From Chloroflexota bacterium (GTDB taxonomy: Bacteria > Chloroflexota > Anaerolineae > Anaerolineales > UBA4823): a stretch of 61,442 nt of DNA. Each line of letters opens with the position of its first letter. The first letter of the stretch is position 1. This document shows, piece after piece, positions 29,026 through 38,763 of the stretch. The notes beneath the pieces were generated by a model. It did no database searches and was not told where the DNA came from. It saw nothing but the letters and a program-made list of their open reading frames with translations. The translations under genes and the position numbers were made by a program. The stretch is taken from assembly GCA_030611505.1 (NCBI GenBank), contig JAUWPO010000001.1, positions 1 through 61,442 on the forward strand. Direction: 5' to 3'.

Positions 29026-32000
29026 ATGATGCCATCGCGACTTAAATCGCTGGAATTAAATGGATATAAAACCTTTGCGAGCCGTACGACGTTTGTATTT
29101 GCTGACACTGTAACAACAATTGTGGGACCAAATGGCAGCGGCAAGTCTAATATTGCTGATAGTCTACGTTGGGTTCTGGGTGAACAATCTTACAGGTTGC
29201 TGCGGGGGAAGAAAACTGAGGATATGATTTTTTCTGGCTCGGAGAACCGCCCGCGTGCAGGTATGGCTTCGGCAACAGTAACATTTGAAAACAGCGATGG
29301 CTGGCTACCTATAGATTTTAGTGAAGTGGCAATTACACGGCGTGCATATCGTGATGGTCAAAATGAATATTTAATTAATGGACAGAGAGTTAGGCTTAGA
29401 GATGTATCTGAGTTATTGTCCCAATCTGGTTTGGCAGAACGCACATATACCATAATTGGACAAGGTCTAGTTGATGCTGCCTTGTCGCTGAGGGCTGATG
29501 AACGACGTAGATTATTTGAAGAAGCTGCGGGGATAGGACTACATCGCTCAAGACGCGAAGATGCATTAAGACGTTTAGATAACACACGGCGCAACCTTGA
29601 AAGAGTACAGGACATAATAACTGAAATTAAACCTCGTTTGCGCAGCCTTGAACGCCAGGCACGGCGGGCAAACGAATACGAGCAAATCAAAACGGACCTA
29701 CATGAAGGATTGCGTGAATTGTATGGATACCAATGGCACCATTCTCAAGAAGAATTTAATCTGGCTCAGAAAACAGAAGAGACAAAAGAAAAAGAATTAC
29801 TTCGGGCTCGTAAGGATCAAGAAAAGCTGGATGAAAAAGCACATCAATTACAGATAAACATCAGCAAACTTCGAAAAAACTTGGCGTCGTGGCAGCAGGA
29901 GATAGCTGTTTTGAACAGCCGGAGGGAAATAATTGATCAGAAATTGGCAGTCGCAGTTGAAAGAGATCGCTCGCTAAAAGGTCGTCAGAGTGTGACGCAA
30001 TTTGAATTGGATAAATTAAATGAGCGATTGGAATTGCAAAATAAGCAGATAGATATTGCTACTGAAGAAACCGAACGTATCCGTGCTGATATTGAAAAAG
30101 CTAGCACCCAATTCGAATTCGTAAGCCATGCTCTTATGGTACGGCAAACGGAGCGAGCTCAATTTGAGAAGGAAATTCAAATTTTACGCAAAGAGGAATC
30201 ATCAAATACTGATCAACATAATACACTTATTGCTCGCAGGCATGAACGAAACGAGTGGTTAAACACCGCACGTGAACTTTTCGAAAGAACTGAAATTGAA
30301 ATTTCATCCTTAAACAAGGAGTTACGATCCGTAGAATCAGAAAAACAGGTATCGCAGAATGCTCTTAATGAAGCTGAAACTGCTCATGTAAAAGCTAAAA
30401 ATGCGGTTCGGAATAATCAAAATAAAATTTCCGAGGCTGAAACTGAAAACAAGAAATATATCGAATTCCGTAACGTGATCAATGCTGAGATAGCTCGTTT
30501 GAGATCTGAACTAGATGTGTTAAACCAGTCGGAATCTTCGTTTTCAGGATATGCCGATGGCACACGGGTATTATTACAAGCAGCACGTGAAAATCTAATA
30601 AGGGGAACACAAGGTGCTCTAAAAGATTTCCTGGATGTTCCGTCTGAGTATGAGTTGGCTGTGACCGCTGCCTTGGGAGTGTATATTGATGCGGTGGTGA
30701 TTGATAAGAATCCTGAGTTAGCTTTAGATGTGTTAGCAGAAAAAGCTGTGAAAGGTGCAATCTTGCCGATTAATGATATCAAAGCTCCACGCCAAATCTT
30801 ATTGAAGAAATCCAAGGATACTGAAATACTTGGGATAGCATCTGAGTTAATTAAGTCTCCTCCAGCATTACAGCCAGCAGTGGAATTGTTGTTAGGAAAT
30901 GTGATAATTGTAAGTGACCGCCATGCGGCAAGGCAAATTCTAACCACTCAACCTGGAAGCGTGTGTGCTGTGACTCTCAAAGGCGAAGTATTCCAAGCGA
31001 ATGGTCCAATACTCACCATAGGTGGTAATAGCAAATCTGAGAGATCGTCGGTTTTCAATCGTACGAAAAAACGGAATAATGTAATTGAGAAAATTTCCGA
31101 TTTAGAAGAGAAAAAAATTGAATTAGAAGAACAAATCGAAGAAACTGGAATAAATTTGAGCAATCTCCACCAAGAACTCATTCGATCAGAGCAAGATATT
31201 ATCGAAAGAGAGGATGCTTTATCTAAATCAAGGATTGATACCGATACCGTCGATACGATGCTTAAACAAAGAATATGGGAGCTGGATTGGAACAACGAAC
31301 GATTGAAGGAATTGAAAGGAGAGATTACTTCTGCAGAAGAAGAAATTGATAAGTTGACCGTGGAAGTCGACCTGATTGAAATATCCGCACTTGATATCCA
31401 AGAAAAGATAAATCAGCAGTTTTCAACACAGAGTAGAGACAAACATGAGGAATTACAATCATCGCACTCAGAATGCCAGACGCGTATGGCTGTTGCAGAG
31501 CAAGCACTGCAGGATTCTGAGGCGTTATTTGAAGAAAGAAAGCTTGCGTTGGAAGATTTAGAAAATTCGATAAGAGCGCTTAAGTCTCGCATTCAAGAAT
31601 TATTCACCTCCTCTGAGACGGTAAAGAAAGAGATGGCTGAACTAAAACTCTCAGAAATTGGAATCAAGGAAGAGATCGAAGCGCTGAGAGCAGAGATAGA
31701 ACCAGCAGAACTGGAACTTGAAACTCTCGAAAGAGAGCAGTCCGCATTCCGAGAATCAGAAGATACAATTATAAGAGCCTTACGAGATGCAGAACACCGC
31801 TTTACCCAGGCTAGTATAGATCTTGCTCGTCAGAAAGAGGCATTGGAGAGTCTACGGCACCGGATAGAAGGAGACTTCGGATTAGTTCATTTTGATTATG
31901 TAGAAAAGGTTTCAGGTCCAAACCCCTTGCCTTTGGAAGGCATGGTAGAGAATTTACCTAAGAACCAGATGATTCCACCGGAGGCTGAGAACTCCCTCAA

Positions 32001-32640
32001 GAGGCTTCGTGCCCAATTGAGACGGATTGGACCGATCAATCCGGAGGCGCAATCAGAATATCAAGAAGTCAAACAGAGGTATGAGTTCCTTACCAATCAA
32101 GTCAGCGATCTACAGAAGGCCGAATCTGACGTTCGACAGGTAATCCATGAATTAGATGAATTAATGAAGCAAGAGTTCTGTAAAACGTTTGAAGAAGTTG
32201 CGGCCGAATTTTCAGATACATTTACCCGCTTGTTTGGCGGTGGCACGGCTAGACTGATATTATCAGATCCAGAAGATATCACTAATACCGGAATAGAAAT
32301 TGATGCACGCTTACCAGGTCGCCGCACACATGGTCTTTCATTACTTTCAGGTGGAGAGCGAAGTCTTACGGCTTTAGCTCTGATCTTTGCATTGTTGAAA
32401 GTCTCACCTACGCCATTTTGCTTGTTAGATGAAGTCGATGCAATGCTTGATGAAGCAAATACGCGGCGATTTCGAGAATTATTGCAGGAGATGAGCACAA
32501 ACACACAATTTGTAATTGTGACTCATAACCGCAATACTGTAGAAGCAGCACAGATTATTTACGGTGTAACAATGGGGAGCGATTCATCGAGCAAAGTTCT
32601 CAGCTTGAAATTGGATGAGATCTCTAGAGTAATTAAATAA
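29026..32640 (+). CDS. smc: Chromosome partition protein Smc
   Basis: 1204 aa. GPNGSGKSN Walker A, long coiled coils flanking a hinge, LSGGERSL signature and CLLDEVDAMLD Walker B. It follows rnc, as in many bacteria. Confidence 0.9.
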   Translation: MMPSRLKSLELNGYKTFASRTTFVFADTVTTIVGPNGSGKSNIADSLRWVLGEQSYRLLRGKKTEDMIFSGSENRPRAGMASATVTFENSDGWLPIDFSEVAITRRAYRDGQNEYLINGQRVRLRDVSELLSQSGLAERTYTIIGQGLVDAALSLRADERRRLFEEAAGIGLHRSRREDALRRLDNTRRNLERVQDIITEIKPRLRSLERQARRANEYEQIKTDLHEGLRELYGYQWHHSQEEFNLAQKTEETKEKELLRARKDQEKLDEKAHQLQINISKLRKNLASWQQEIAVLNSRREIIDQKLAVAVERDRSLKGRQSVTQFELDKLNERLELQNKQIDIATEETERIRADIEKASTQFEFVSHALMVRQTERAQFEKEIQILRKEESSNTDQHNTLIARRHERNEWLNTARELFERTEIEISSLNKELRSVESEKQVSQNALNEAETAHVKAKNAVRNNQNKISEAETENKKYIEFRNVINAEIARLRSELDVLNQSESSFSGYADGTRVLLQAARENLIRGTQGALKDFLDVPSEYELAVTAALGVYIDAVVIDKNPELALDVLAEKAVKGAILPINDIKAPRQILLKKSKDTEILGIASELIKSPPALQPAVELLLGNVIIVSDRHAARQILTTQPGSVCAVTLKGEVFQANGPILTIGGNSKSERSSVFNRTKKRNNVIEKISDLEEKKIELEEQIEETGINLSNLHQELIRSEQDIIEREDALSKSRIDTDTVDTMLKQRIWELDWNNERLKELKGEITSAEEEIDKLTVEVDLIEISALDIQEKINQQFSTQSRDKHEELQSSHSECQTRMAVAEQALQDSEALFEERKLALEDLENSIRALKSRIQELFTSSETVKKEMAELKLSEIGIKEEIEALRAEIEPAELELETLEREQSAFRESEDTIIRALRDAEHRFTQASIDLARQKEALESLRHRIEGDFGLVHFDYVEKVSGPNPLPLEGMVENLPKNQMIPPEAENSLKRLRAQLRRIGPINPEAQSEYQEVKQRYEFLTNQVSDLQKAESDVRQVIHELDELMKQEFCKTFEEVAAEFSDTFTRLFGGGTARLILSDPEDITNTGIEIDARLPGRRTHGLSLLSGGERSLTALALIFALLKVSPTPFCLLDEVDAMLDEANTRRFRELLQEMSTNTQFVIVTHNRNTVEAAQIIYGVTMGSDSSSKVLSLKLDEISRVIK

Positions 32641-32660
32641 AAGAGTTATCAAGGAATAAT

Positions 32661-32704
32661 AAAAAAAGCCTGTTCGGAATTTTATTTTCGAACAGGCTTT
32701 TTTA
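32661..32704. terminator. Bidirectional rho-independent terminator between convergent smc and ppiC-type genes
   Basis: aaaaaaa-GCCTGTTCG-gaattttatttt-CGAACAGGC-tttttt. A 9-bp GC-containing stem is flanked by an A-run and a T-run. Confidence 0.8.
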
Positions 32705-32748
32705 CCTGTGTTGCGATTATTATTCTGGTATCATGAGTGACTGTTTTC

Positions 32749-34119
32749 TTATGGAGATGGAGTGGGTGGATATGACAGGTTCAAGTTCATAAATTGAACA
32801 ATATTTGCTGGCAAGTTCGGTTCTGTTGGAGCTACATCGGTCCAGAATTCATTTATAATGATGTTCGAATTTTCCCTCAACTCAGCCAGCCATTCTTGGA
32901 AATTCTCCGATCGCATACTTTGACAAGCGTCTTCTGTCAAGGGTCGTTCCTCGTGACCCAGTATTCGAATTATATGAAAACCGAAATCTGTTTTTACTGG
33001 CGCACTGGTCTCTCCTACCTCAAGCTTGAAAGCGGCTTGTTCAAACTCAGGTACCATGACCCCTTGACCAAACCAGCCTAAATCTCCTCCTTTGTCCTTA
33101 TTGCTTGTATCTGTTGAATACGTGGTCGCCATCAATGACCAGTCTTCTCCCTCATCTAGTCGTGTTTTGATATTCTTTGCAAGCACTTCTTCATCTATTA
33201 AAATATGTAAAGCCCATACCTGTTCTTGGGTGCATTGCATGTCTTTTGTGATAACGTCCAAGACTTTGTCTGAGTAAAGGTGGGATTCAAAACCGCGCTT
33301 CAGATCACTTTCAGATATGCTGTATTCTTCACTGAGATTGGTGATTGCATCCTGATATATCTCATCGAATGCCTGTTGGGTGAATGGCGTCGCTGTCGGT
33401 CCAGTGGTGGCAGTTAGAGTCGGAGTGAGCACATTTGTCGGGGTTGGTGGTGATTCAAGGGACTGTGTGTTATCTTCAACGATTTCAGTTGTAGTGATCT
33501 CGGATGTCGGGATTAAGGATGTGGATGACGTTGGCGTGCTCGGAATTAATGATTCTTGAAGAGGTGACAGAGTTGAGGTTTGAGGCAATACATGTGTAAC
33601 AGTTGGTGTTGGAGTGCCAAGGCGATAGTATCCAAAAACTTCTTCCAATTCCTGATTAACCTCATCTTCGGAGACTGTGATTCCCAATCGTGAAGCTTCT
33701 TGTTGAATTAATAAACCATCTACCAATTGATCGATAATCTGCCTGCCAATTGCTTGTGGAAACAGTTGTCCATCTATTGATTGAAGCTGGTTTGCCACAG
33801 ATGCTTGGGAGCTAGGGTCATTTCCCATGATTTGTGCAAGCTGGTATAACCTCTGTGCGCTCTGGATTAAGTTATAACGCGCCAAGCGTGTTTGACCTTG
33901 ATATTCAGAGACAGTGATTTTTTCATCATTGACTATTGCCACTGGACGGCGTGCTTTTAGAAAATTCTGATCAACAATTCCGAATAAAACAAGTGCCAAT
34001 ACTGCAATAATTACAACTGCGCTGACGATATATATTATGTTTCTTTCACGACGTTCGCGCTCTACTCGAGCCATATGTTTTTTGGTAGGAGCTGTTCTTA
34101 TTTTTGGGTTTTTTGCCAT
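32749..34119 (-). CDS. Membrane-anchored PpiC/parvulin-type peptidyl-prolyl isomerase (PrsA/SurA-like)
   Basis: An N-terminal TM helix, a SurA-N-like helical region, a Pro/Thr/Ser-rich linker, then the parvulin motif GGDLGWFGQGVMVPEFEQAAF...GFHIIR. Confidence 0.8.
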   Translation of the reverse strand: MAKNPKIRTAPTKKHMARVERERRERNIIYIVSAVVIIAVLALVLFGIVDQNFLKARRPVAIVNDEKITVSEYQGQTRLARYNLIQSAQRLYQLAQIMGNDPSSQASVANQLQSIDGQLFPQAIGRQIIDQLVDGLLIQQEASRLGITVSEDEVNQELEEVFGYYRLGTPTPTVTHVLPQTSTLSPLQESLIPSTPTSSTSLIPTSEITTTEIVEDNTQSLESPPTPTNVLTPTLTATTGPTATPFTQQAFDEIYQDAITNLSEEYSISESDLKRGFESHLYSDKVLDVITKDMQCTQEQVWALHILIDEEVLAKNIKTRLDEGEDWSLMATTYSTDTSNKDKGGDLGWFGQGVMVPEFEQAAFKLEVGETSAPVKTDFGFHIIRILGHEERPLTEDACQSMRSENFQEWLAELRENSNIIINEFWTDVAPTEPNLPANIVQFMNLNLSYPPTPSP

Positions 34120-34159
34120 AATGTTGCCTCAAATAGTTAGGTATAGTTAATACATAATT

Positions 34160-34190
34160 GCGGGGCATAGATATGTGTCCTATGCCCCGC
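34160..34190 (-). terminator. Perfect 11-bp GC-rich hairpin (gcggggcatag / ctatgccccgc) downstream of rpsR; no clear U-tract
   Basis: Inverted repeat read directly, 21 nt past the rpsR stop and ahead of the next gene. Confidence 0.4.
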
Positions 34191-34210
34191 GCTGTTAATC
34201 GGATTAGTTA

Positions 34211-34480
34211 TTAACGCAAAATTTCACCTGTAAAGGGCAGCAATGCGATATGGCGAGCGCGTTTAATTGCGCGCGCCAGTTCTCGTTGGTGTTTTGCGCA
34301 TGTCCCCGTTTGCCTTCTGGGTCGGATCTTGGCACCATCGGTAATGAATCGTTGAAGTAATTCAACATTTTTGTAATCGAGCTTAATGCTTTTGTCAGTA
34401 CAAAACTGACAGAAGCGTGGACGGGCGTAGAAGCGCCTTAAGGGCCTCTCCTTGTTTCTCCGGTTTGTTTGATAAGGCAC
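34211..34480 (-). CDS. rpsR: 30S ribosomal protein S18
   Basis: [64 protein letters not shown] start follows GGAG. Confidence 0.9.
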   Translation of the reverse strand: MPYQTNRRNKERPLRRFYARPRFCQFCTDKSIKLDYKNVELLQRFITDGAKIRPRRQTGTCAKHQRELARAIKRARHIALLPFTGEILR

Positions 34481-34531
34481 AATATTACTCCTTGAAAGAC
34501 GCGCTAAAATTAGAGCGTTATATAAAAATCA

Positions 34532-34927
34532 TTAGTTTTCTATTTCATTATTAGAATTAATCTTGATGCTGGCTTCAAAAGAGTTATTTTTGGGAAGTTT
34601 ATCTAACATAATCATTTCATTGGCAACAATTTCTGTCGCACAATGTCTGTTCCCTTCCTGATCTTCCCAATGGCGTGTATGCAGTCGACCTTCAATAAAT
34701 ACCAGGCAGCCATTTGAAAGATATCGTTTGCATATTTCAGCCAAATTACTCCACGCCACTACGTTAAACCATTCGATTTCTGAACGTCTTTCACCATCAG
34801 AAGTATTCCAGCTACGATGGGCACCAACGTTGAATGTAGTAACCGGACGACCGGAAGGTGTATAGCGCATTTCGGGGTTTCGTCCTAGTTGTCCAATAAT
34901 TAATACTTTATTTAATCCTAGGCTCAT
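34532..34927 (-). CDS. ssb: Single-stranded DNA-binding protein (OB fold only; no Gly/Pro-rich linker or acidic tip)
   Basis: MSLGLNKVLIIGQLGRNPEMRYTPSGRPVTTFNVGAHRSW...WFNVVAWSNLAEICKRYL..G..VFIEGRL. It sits between rpsF and rpsR. Confidence 0.85.
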   Translation of the reverse strand: MSLGLNKVLIIGQLGRNPEMRYTPSGRPVTTFNVGAHRSWNTSDGERRSEIEWFNVVAWSNLAEICKRYLSNGCLVFIEGRLHTRHWEDQEGNRHCATEIVANEMIMLDKLPKNNSFEASIKINSNNEIEN

Positions 34928-34979
34928 TGAGATTTCCTCTCAGAGAACCATTAGAGGCAAGAACAACATGATACCTCAA

Positions 34980-35261
34980 CTAAATTGCGATAATTGAATA
35001 GCGCATGACGGGTTCAAGATAGCTTAAATTGCGTTCCAACTGAGAGTCAGCAGTCATGGTCATCTTTGTCTGCATGACGACATAAAACCCCTCAGGTTGT
35101 TTGCGGATGGGGTAAGCGAGCTTACGCTTCCCCCACAACTCGGTGTTTGTAATCTCACCGTCTTCATCAGAAATCCAGCTTGAGACGCGATCAATGACCT
35201 CATTCAAAGCATCATCGTCTAGGTCCGGATGGATAATGAATATCAGTTCGTATTGGCGCAC
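34980..35261 (-). CDS. rpsF: 30S ribosomal protein S6
   Basis: VRQYELIFIIHPDLDDDALNEVIDRVSSWI...GKRKLAYPIRK. Start set at GTG 35261, directly after AGGAGG, rather than at 35333. Confidence 0.85.
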   Translation of the reverse strand: MRQYELIFIIHPDLDDDALNEVIDRVSSWISDEDGEITNTELWGKRKLAYPIRKQPEGFYVVMQTKMTMTADSQLERNLSYLEPVMRYSIIAI

Positions 35262-35423
35262 GGGAGTGCCTCCTTTCCTTGGGATTACCCCTGATGGTCG
35301 CTGTTGACGAGTCAGGAGCGAAAAGCAAGCCACAATAGGGCATAGCTAAGCGATGATTTTAGCACAAAGACGGTATTTTGCACAGGGGGGGCGCAATAAA
35401 TGATAAGCAATAAATCTCTGATC

Positions 35424-35452
35424 TTGACTTCTGCCTGAGTGAATTGTATGAT
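35424..35452 (+). promoter_or_regulatory. Sigma-70-like promoter: TTGACT - 17 nt - TATGAT
   Basis: Read directly: ttgact at 35424-35429 and tatgat at 35447-35452. It is oriented toward the AMMECR1 gene. Confidence 0.5.
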
Positions 35453-35544
35453 GAATTTTGCATATTAAATAAATAATCAAACTGACATTTCATTTTTTGA
35501 TCGTGTCAGACCAGACGTTTTTTCTCTTTCCAGGGGATTTCAAC

Positions 35545-36114
35545 ATGGATGATGAACTTTCAATTGAGGAATGCACTTTGTTATTGATATTAGCAAGGCA
35601 GTCTTTGGAACAAGCTGTGAATGGGAAACCAATAGAACCACTAGATGTTGATGAGCTTCCCTCTCGATTAAAGGAACAAGGTGCTACTTTTGTTACACTT
35701 ACTCGAGGTGGCTCTTTACGCGGATGTATTGGAACTCTTGAACCTTATCTACCATTAGCTGAGGATGTGCGTGAACATACAATCGCAGCCGCCCTTCGAG
35801 ATTATCGGTTTCCGCCTGTAAAACCCGAAGAACTTATTGAGGTTAAGATCGAAATATCTCGATTAACTTTACCGCAAGAATTAGATTATTCCTCTACCGA
35901 GGATCTTCTGAATCAACTGCATCCGGATATTGATGGTGTGATCTTAAGAGATGGATCTCAGCGGGCAACTTTTTTACCCCAAGTTTGGTCCAAAATCTCG
36001 CGTAAGGAAATATTCATGGAGCATTTATGTCAGAAGATGGGTGCTCCAACAGATTTATGGCGTTTAAAAAAGCTGCAAGTCTTCACTTACCAGGTACAGG
36101 AATTTCACGAATAA
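35545..36114 (+). CDS. AMMECR1-domain protein
   Basis: FVTLTRGGSLRGCIGTLEP signature. Start set at ATG 35545. Confidence 0.8.
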   Translation: MDDELSIEECTLLLILARQSLEQAVNGKPIEPLDVDELPSRLKEQGATFVTLTRGGSLRGCIGTLEPYLPLAEDVREHTIAAALRDYRFPPVKPEELIEVKIEISRLTLPQELDYSSTEDLLNQLHPDIDGVILRDGSQRATFLPQVWSKISRKEIFMEHLCQKMGAPTDLWRLKKLQVFTYQVQEFHE

Positions 36115-36267
36115 TAAGAATTAAAGTTGTTTAAAGTCCTCCACATTAATCACAAAGATCGTTGCAAGGCGGCAACGGAAAGTACCAGGATAATGAGTCC
36201 AAGTACCTGGATTGAAATTTACGTAGGATGGTAAATTGAGATAATTGTCTTAAATCAAAAAATTAAA

Positions 36268-38652
36268 TTATTCCATTCCCATAGAAATAATCTGGGGATC
36301 AGGATCACTGACATTAATCGTTTGTCCATCCGGGAATGTGACCATCGTTTTTTCTTTTTGGCGGAGGATTGATAGTCCACGATATTTTACCGTAACCGGC
36401 CAGGGGAAAGGATTATATCCAGCTAAAGCAACCTTGTGGGAAGAGATTAAACGCACTCCGAGAGTTTCTAAAAAGAATCCTAAAGGAGCCAGACCAGATA
36501 AAGCTCCGCGTTCTCCTATTCCTTCCCCTGAATCGGCATGATAATACTGTCGAAATGCTCTTTCATTCTTCAGATTAATGACGATTCCGGCTAATATCCT
36601 TGAGAATAAGTCAGCAGCTATGTCTCGATATCCGTAATTCAATATACCTTCACCGATCATTAAATTCCACCTCACGTGAACGCTATTGCAGACATTTGCT
36701 AATGGAGTCGATGGAGGGTTGGCACAAGCTCGTATTCCATAAGGACGCCAAAATCGATCTGGATTTATTATATTTTTTTCGATAATTGAATAAGCTTTAC
36801 TTGCGTCAGGTATCCCTGCCCAGAGAGGTAGGAATAACGTTTGATTTAAATTATTATAACCAGCGATAAAAATTTGGACTTGATCATTGGGATTTATGTT
36901 TTGGATTTCTAGTTGTTCTAGGGAAGCATATAAACTCATGCCTGTCATTCTCCCAATTCCTAGATGCCATTTAAAATGCTTGGACAGTATCCGTTCAACA
37001 CGGTGATTGCCTGATGTACTTGTCCCATGGATATATATAACAGGTTGACGAGAAGTTTCACCTTTGGATTTTATTAGAATATGCACACGGATAGGGCTTT
37101 CGAAATCTTTATTAATTATGATGATTCCTGGTCCTGTGCGCTTTCCAATCAATTCACCCTTTGAGCAGTAGTGAGTGTCTCGATCCCAGTCATGATAAAT
37201 TGCATCATTGTCATCCCATGACATTTCGATCGCTTTGTGTAAATTGTCAAGGTGTGATTGAAATTCGGCTACTGGTTCATCCTGTTTGAGTAATTCCGCA
37301 ATTTTAATTAACGCTTTGCATTCGCGAAAGAGAAGCGCACATAAGCCAGGATTTTCTGATGTATTGATATCAACACCCCTTGACCATTCATGCCAGGAGG
37401 AATAGATCGGATGGTCATCGAATCCTGTTTGAAATGTGTGTTTCCATTCTGGGATTCCATCAGAATCTTGGTCATAGCCCTCGGAGAACCACAATCTAAT
37501 GAATTTCAGTAGATTGTCAAAATTGTCTTCCAGAAATGATTTATCTTCTGTATTCTTGTAGATTTGCCAGGTAAGAGTTGATAATATGGGAGTCGCGAGC
37601 AAACCGCTTTTCTGACCTGCTAAACCTGGTTTCCAATCAATGAAACCATTTTGCTCCTGAACAGATAAAAAGTTTTGGATAATACCCTTTGCCAGATTTG
37701 GGGCGGTTGGTAAAATTATGTTTATTAATTGGTAGGCATCCAAAGGCGTTTGCCCATTCCAGAGATGATCGTAATCACTGCCATCACCTCGCAAAGAATA
37801 GCCCTGATCCGGGTTCCGGCTTGTAACAAACGTATGATGAGGAAGTTGCTTTGAAGAACCAAGAATAAGCCCGAAGGCTTGTTTTTGAGATAGCATCAAC
37901 GCTGCATCCCAATCTGGATTGCCGGTGTGAATATTAATGAGACCGTTGTTGACCATTTCCAAACGGGTGAATTCGGCATCCCATCTCTTGTTGGCAATCT
38001 TGCGTACTAATGCGAATGAAGATTCTGGATTGGATAAGGCTGTTTGGATCCATTTAAAATTTCGCGATTCTTCCGGTTGGATTTCCATCGTCAATAATAA
38101 GGATGGATATGATCCGCTTCCTGATTTTGAGCCTCCCGTGAGGAAAACAATTGGGGCGATTCCGTCCGTAATGCCAGAGAGGACAGGAGCAGCTTGCATT
38201 TGCATCGCTGTCATCCGTTCTCCATTTGTTGGAGTGAGTCGGGCAACCCATTCAATGCGAATATTCTGAGTGGAATTACTATTGTTTAGGACACTCATAC
38301 ATCCGGCTACGCCCTTGGATGTGGGAACCCAATACTTCGTTTCGACGTCTATATTTGGAAAGGGTGAGTACAATAGAGATATAAAATTTGGACACAATTT
38401 TTTGATTTGTGGAGGATGAAAAAAAGTGGCTGGATCAGTAAGAGTTGTTTCATTAAGCGTAAAGCGTGGGAAGAGACGGAAATTTCGCGCTCTCAAACCA
38501 TACGTGGTTTGCAACGCCAAAGCTGGTGGATCGCCTCCCCCAATTTTTAGCTCCCATATCTGATCATCTGTATAATCAGGAGCCACAAGGCGTGCATCCG
38601 TTGCAATGGTTAACGAGAGCGGATCACCGGTTTTCAAATTCCATTCATACAT
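36268..38652 (-). CDS. Large cytoplasmic (alpha/alpha)6-barrel glycoside-hydrolase-like protein (GH63/MGH1/debranching-enzyme-like)
   Basis: 794 aa with no signal peptide. The central region (GQTPLDAYQLINIILP, NGFIDWKPGLAGQ, DSDGIPEW, ENPGLCALLFRE, DRFWRPYGIR) resembles six-hairpin glycosidases. Assigned by eye only. Confidence 0.4.
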   Translation of the reverse strand: MYEWNLKTGDPLSLTIATDARLVAPDYTDDQIWELKIGGGDPPALALQTTYGLRARNFRLFPRFTLNETTLTDPATFFHPPQIKKLCPNFISLLYSPFPNIDVETKYWVPTSKGVAGCMSVLNNSNSTQNIRIEWVARLTPTNGERMTAMQMQAAPVLSGITDGIAPIVFLTGGSKSGSGSYPSLLLTMEIQPEESRNFKWIQTALSNPESSFALVRKIANKRWDAEFTRLEMVNNGLINIHTGNPDWDAALMLSQKQAFGLILGSSKQLPHHTFVTSRNPDQGYSLRGDGSDYDHLWNGQTPLDAYQLINIILPTAPNLAKGIIQNFLSVQEQNGFIDWKPGLAGQKSGLLATPILSTLTWQIYKNTEDKSFLEDNFDNLLKFIRLWFSEGYDQDSDGIPEWKHTFQTGFDDHPIYSSWHEWSRGVDINTSENPGLCALLFRECKALIKIAELLKQDEPVAEFQSHLDNLHKAIEMSWDDNDAIYHDWDRDTHYCSKGELIGKRTGPGIIIINKDFESPIRVHILIKSKGETSRQPVIYIHGTSTSGNHRVERILSKHFKWHLGIGRMTGMSLYASLEQLEIQNINPNDQVQIFIAGYNNLNQTLFLPLWAGIPDASKAYSIIEKNIINPDRFWRPYGIRACANPPSTPLANVCNSVHVRWNLMIGEGILNYGYRDIAADLFSRILAGIVINLKNERAFRQYYHADSGEGIGERGALSGLAPLGFFLETLGVRLISSHKVALAGYNPFPWPVTVKYRGLSILRQKEKTMVTFPDGQTINVSDPDPQIISMGME

Positions 38653-38763
38653 ATCTTTATTGTAATAGTAAGTTGACTATACAGTCAAAGGTATTTGATG
38701 TTTTTTTTATGCTAAAATTGGTAAAATTTTCCAAGCAAAATCTATTAGAAAAGGATATTTGAA

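Noticed and set aside
30417-30947. 176-aa antisense ORF inside smc, plus similar antisense or alternate-frame ORFs (for example 23747-24232, 57768-58142, 29358-29690, 32097-32504, 46576-46932)
   Set aside because: All lie wholly within well-supported genes on the other strand or frame. They have no recognisable motifs and low-complexity or odd composition. They are typical shadow ORFs.
29026-32640. SMC-family ATPase as part of a Wadjet/Lamassu-type defence system
   Set aside because: It has a full-length canonical Smc layout (Walker A, hinge, signature, Walker B). It sits directly after rnc, with ftsY and scpB nearby as in housekeeping loci. No JetA/B/D-like or LmuA/B-like partners are adjacent.
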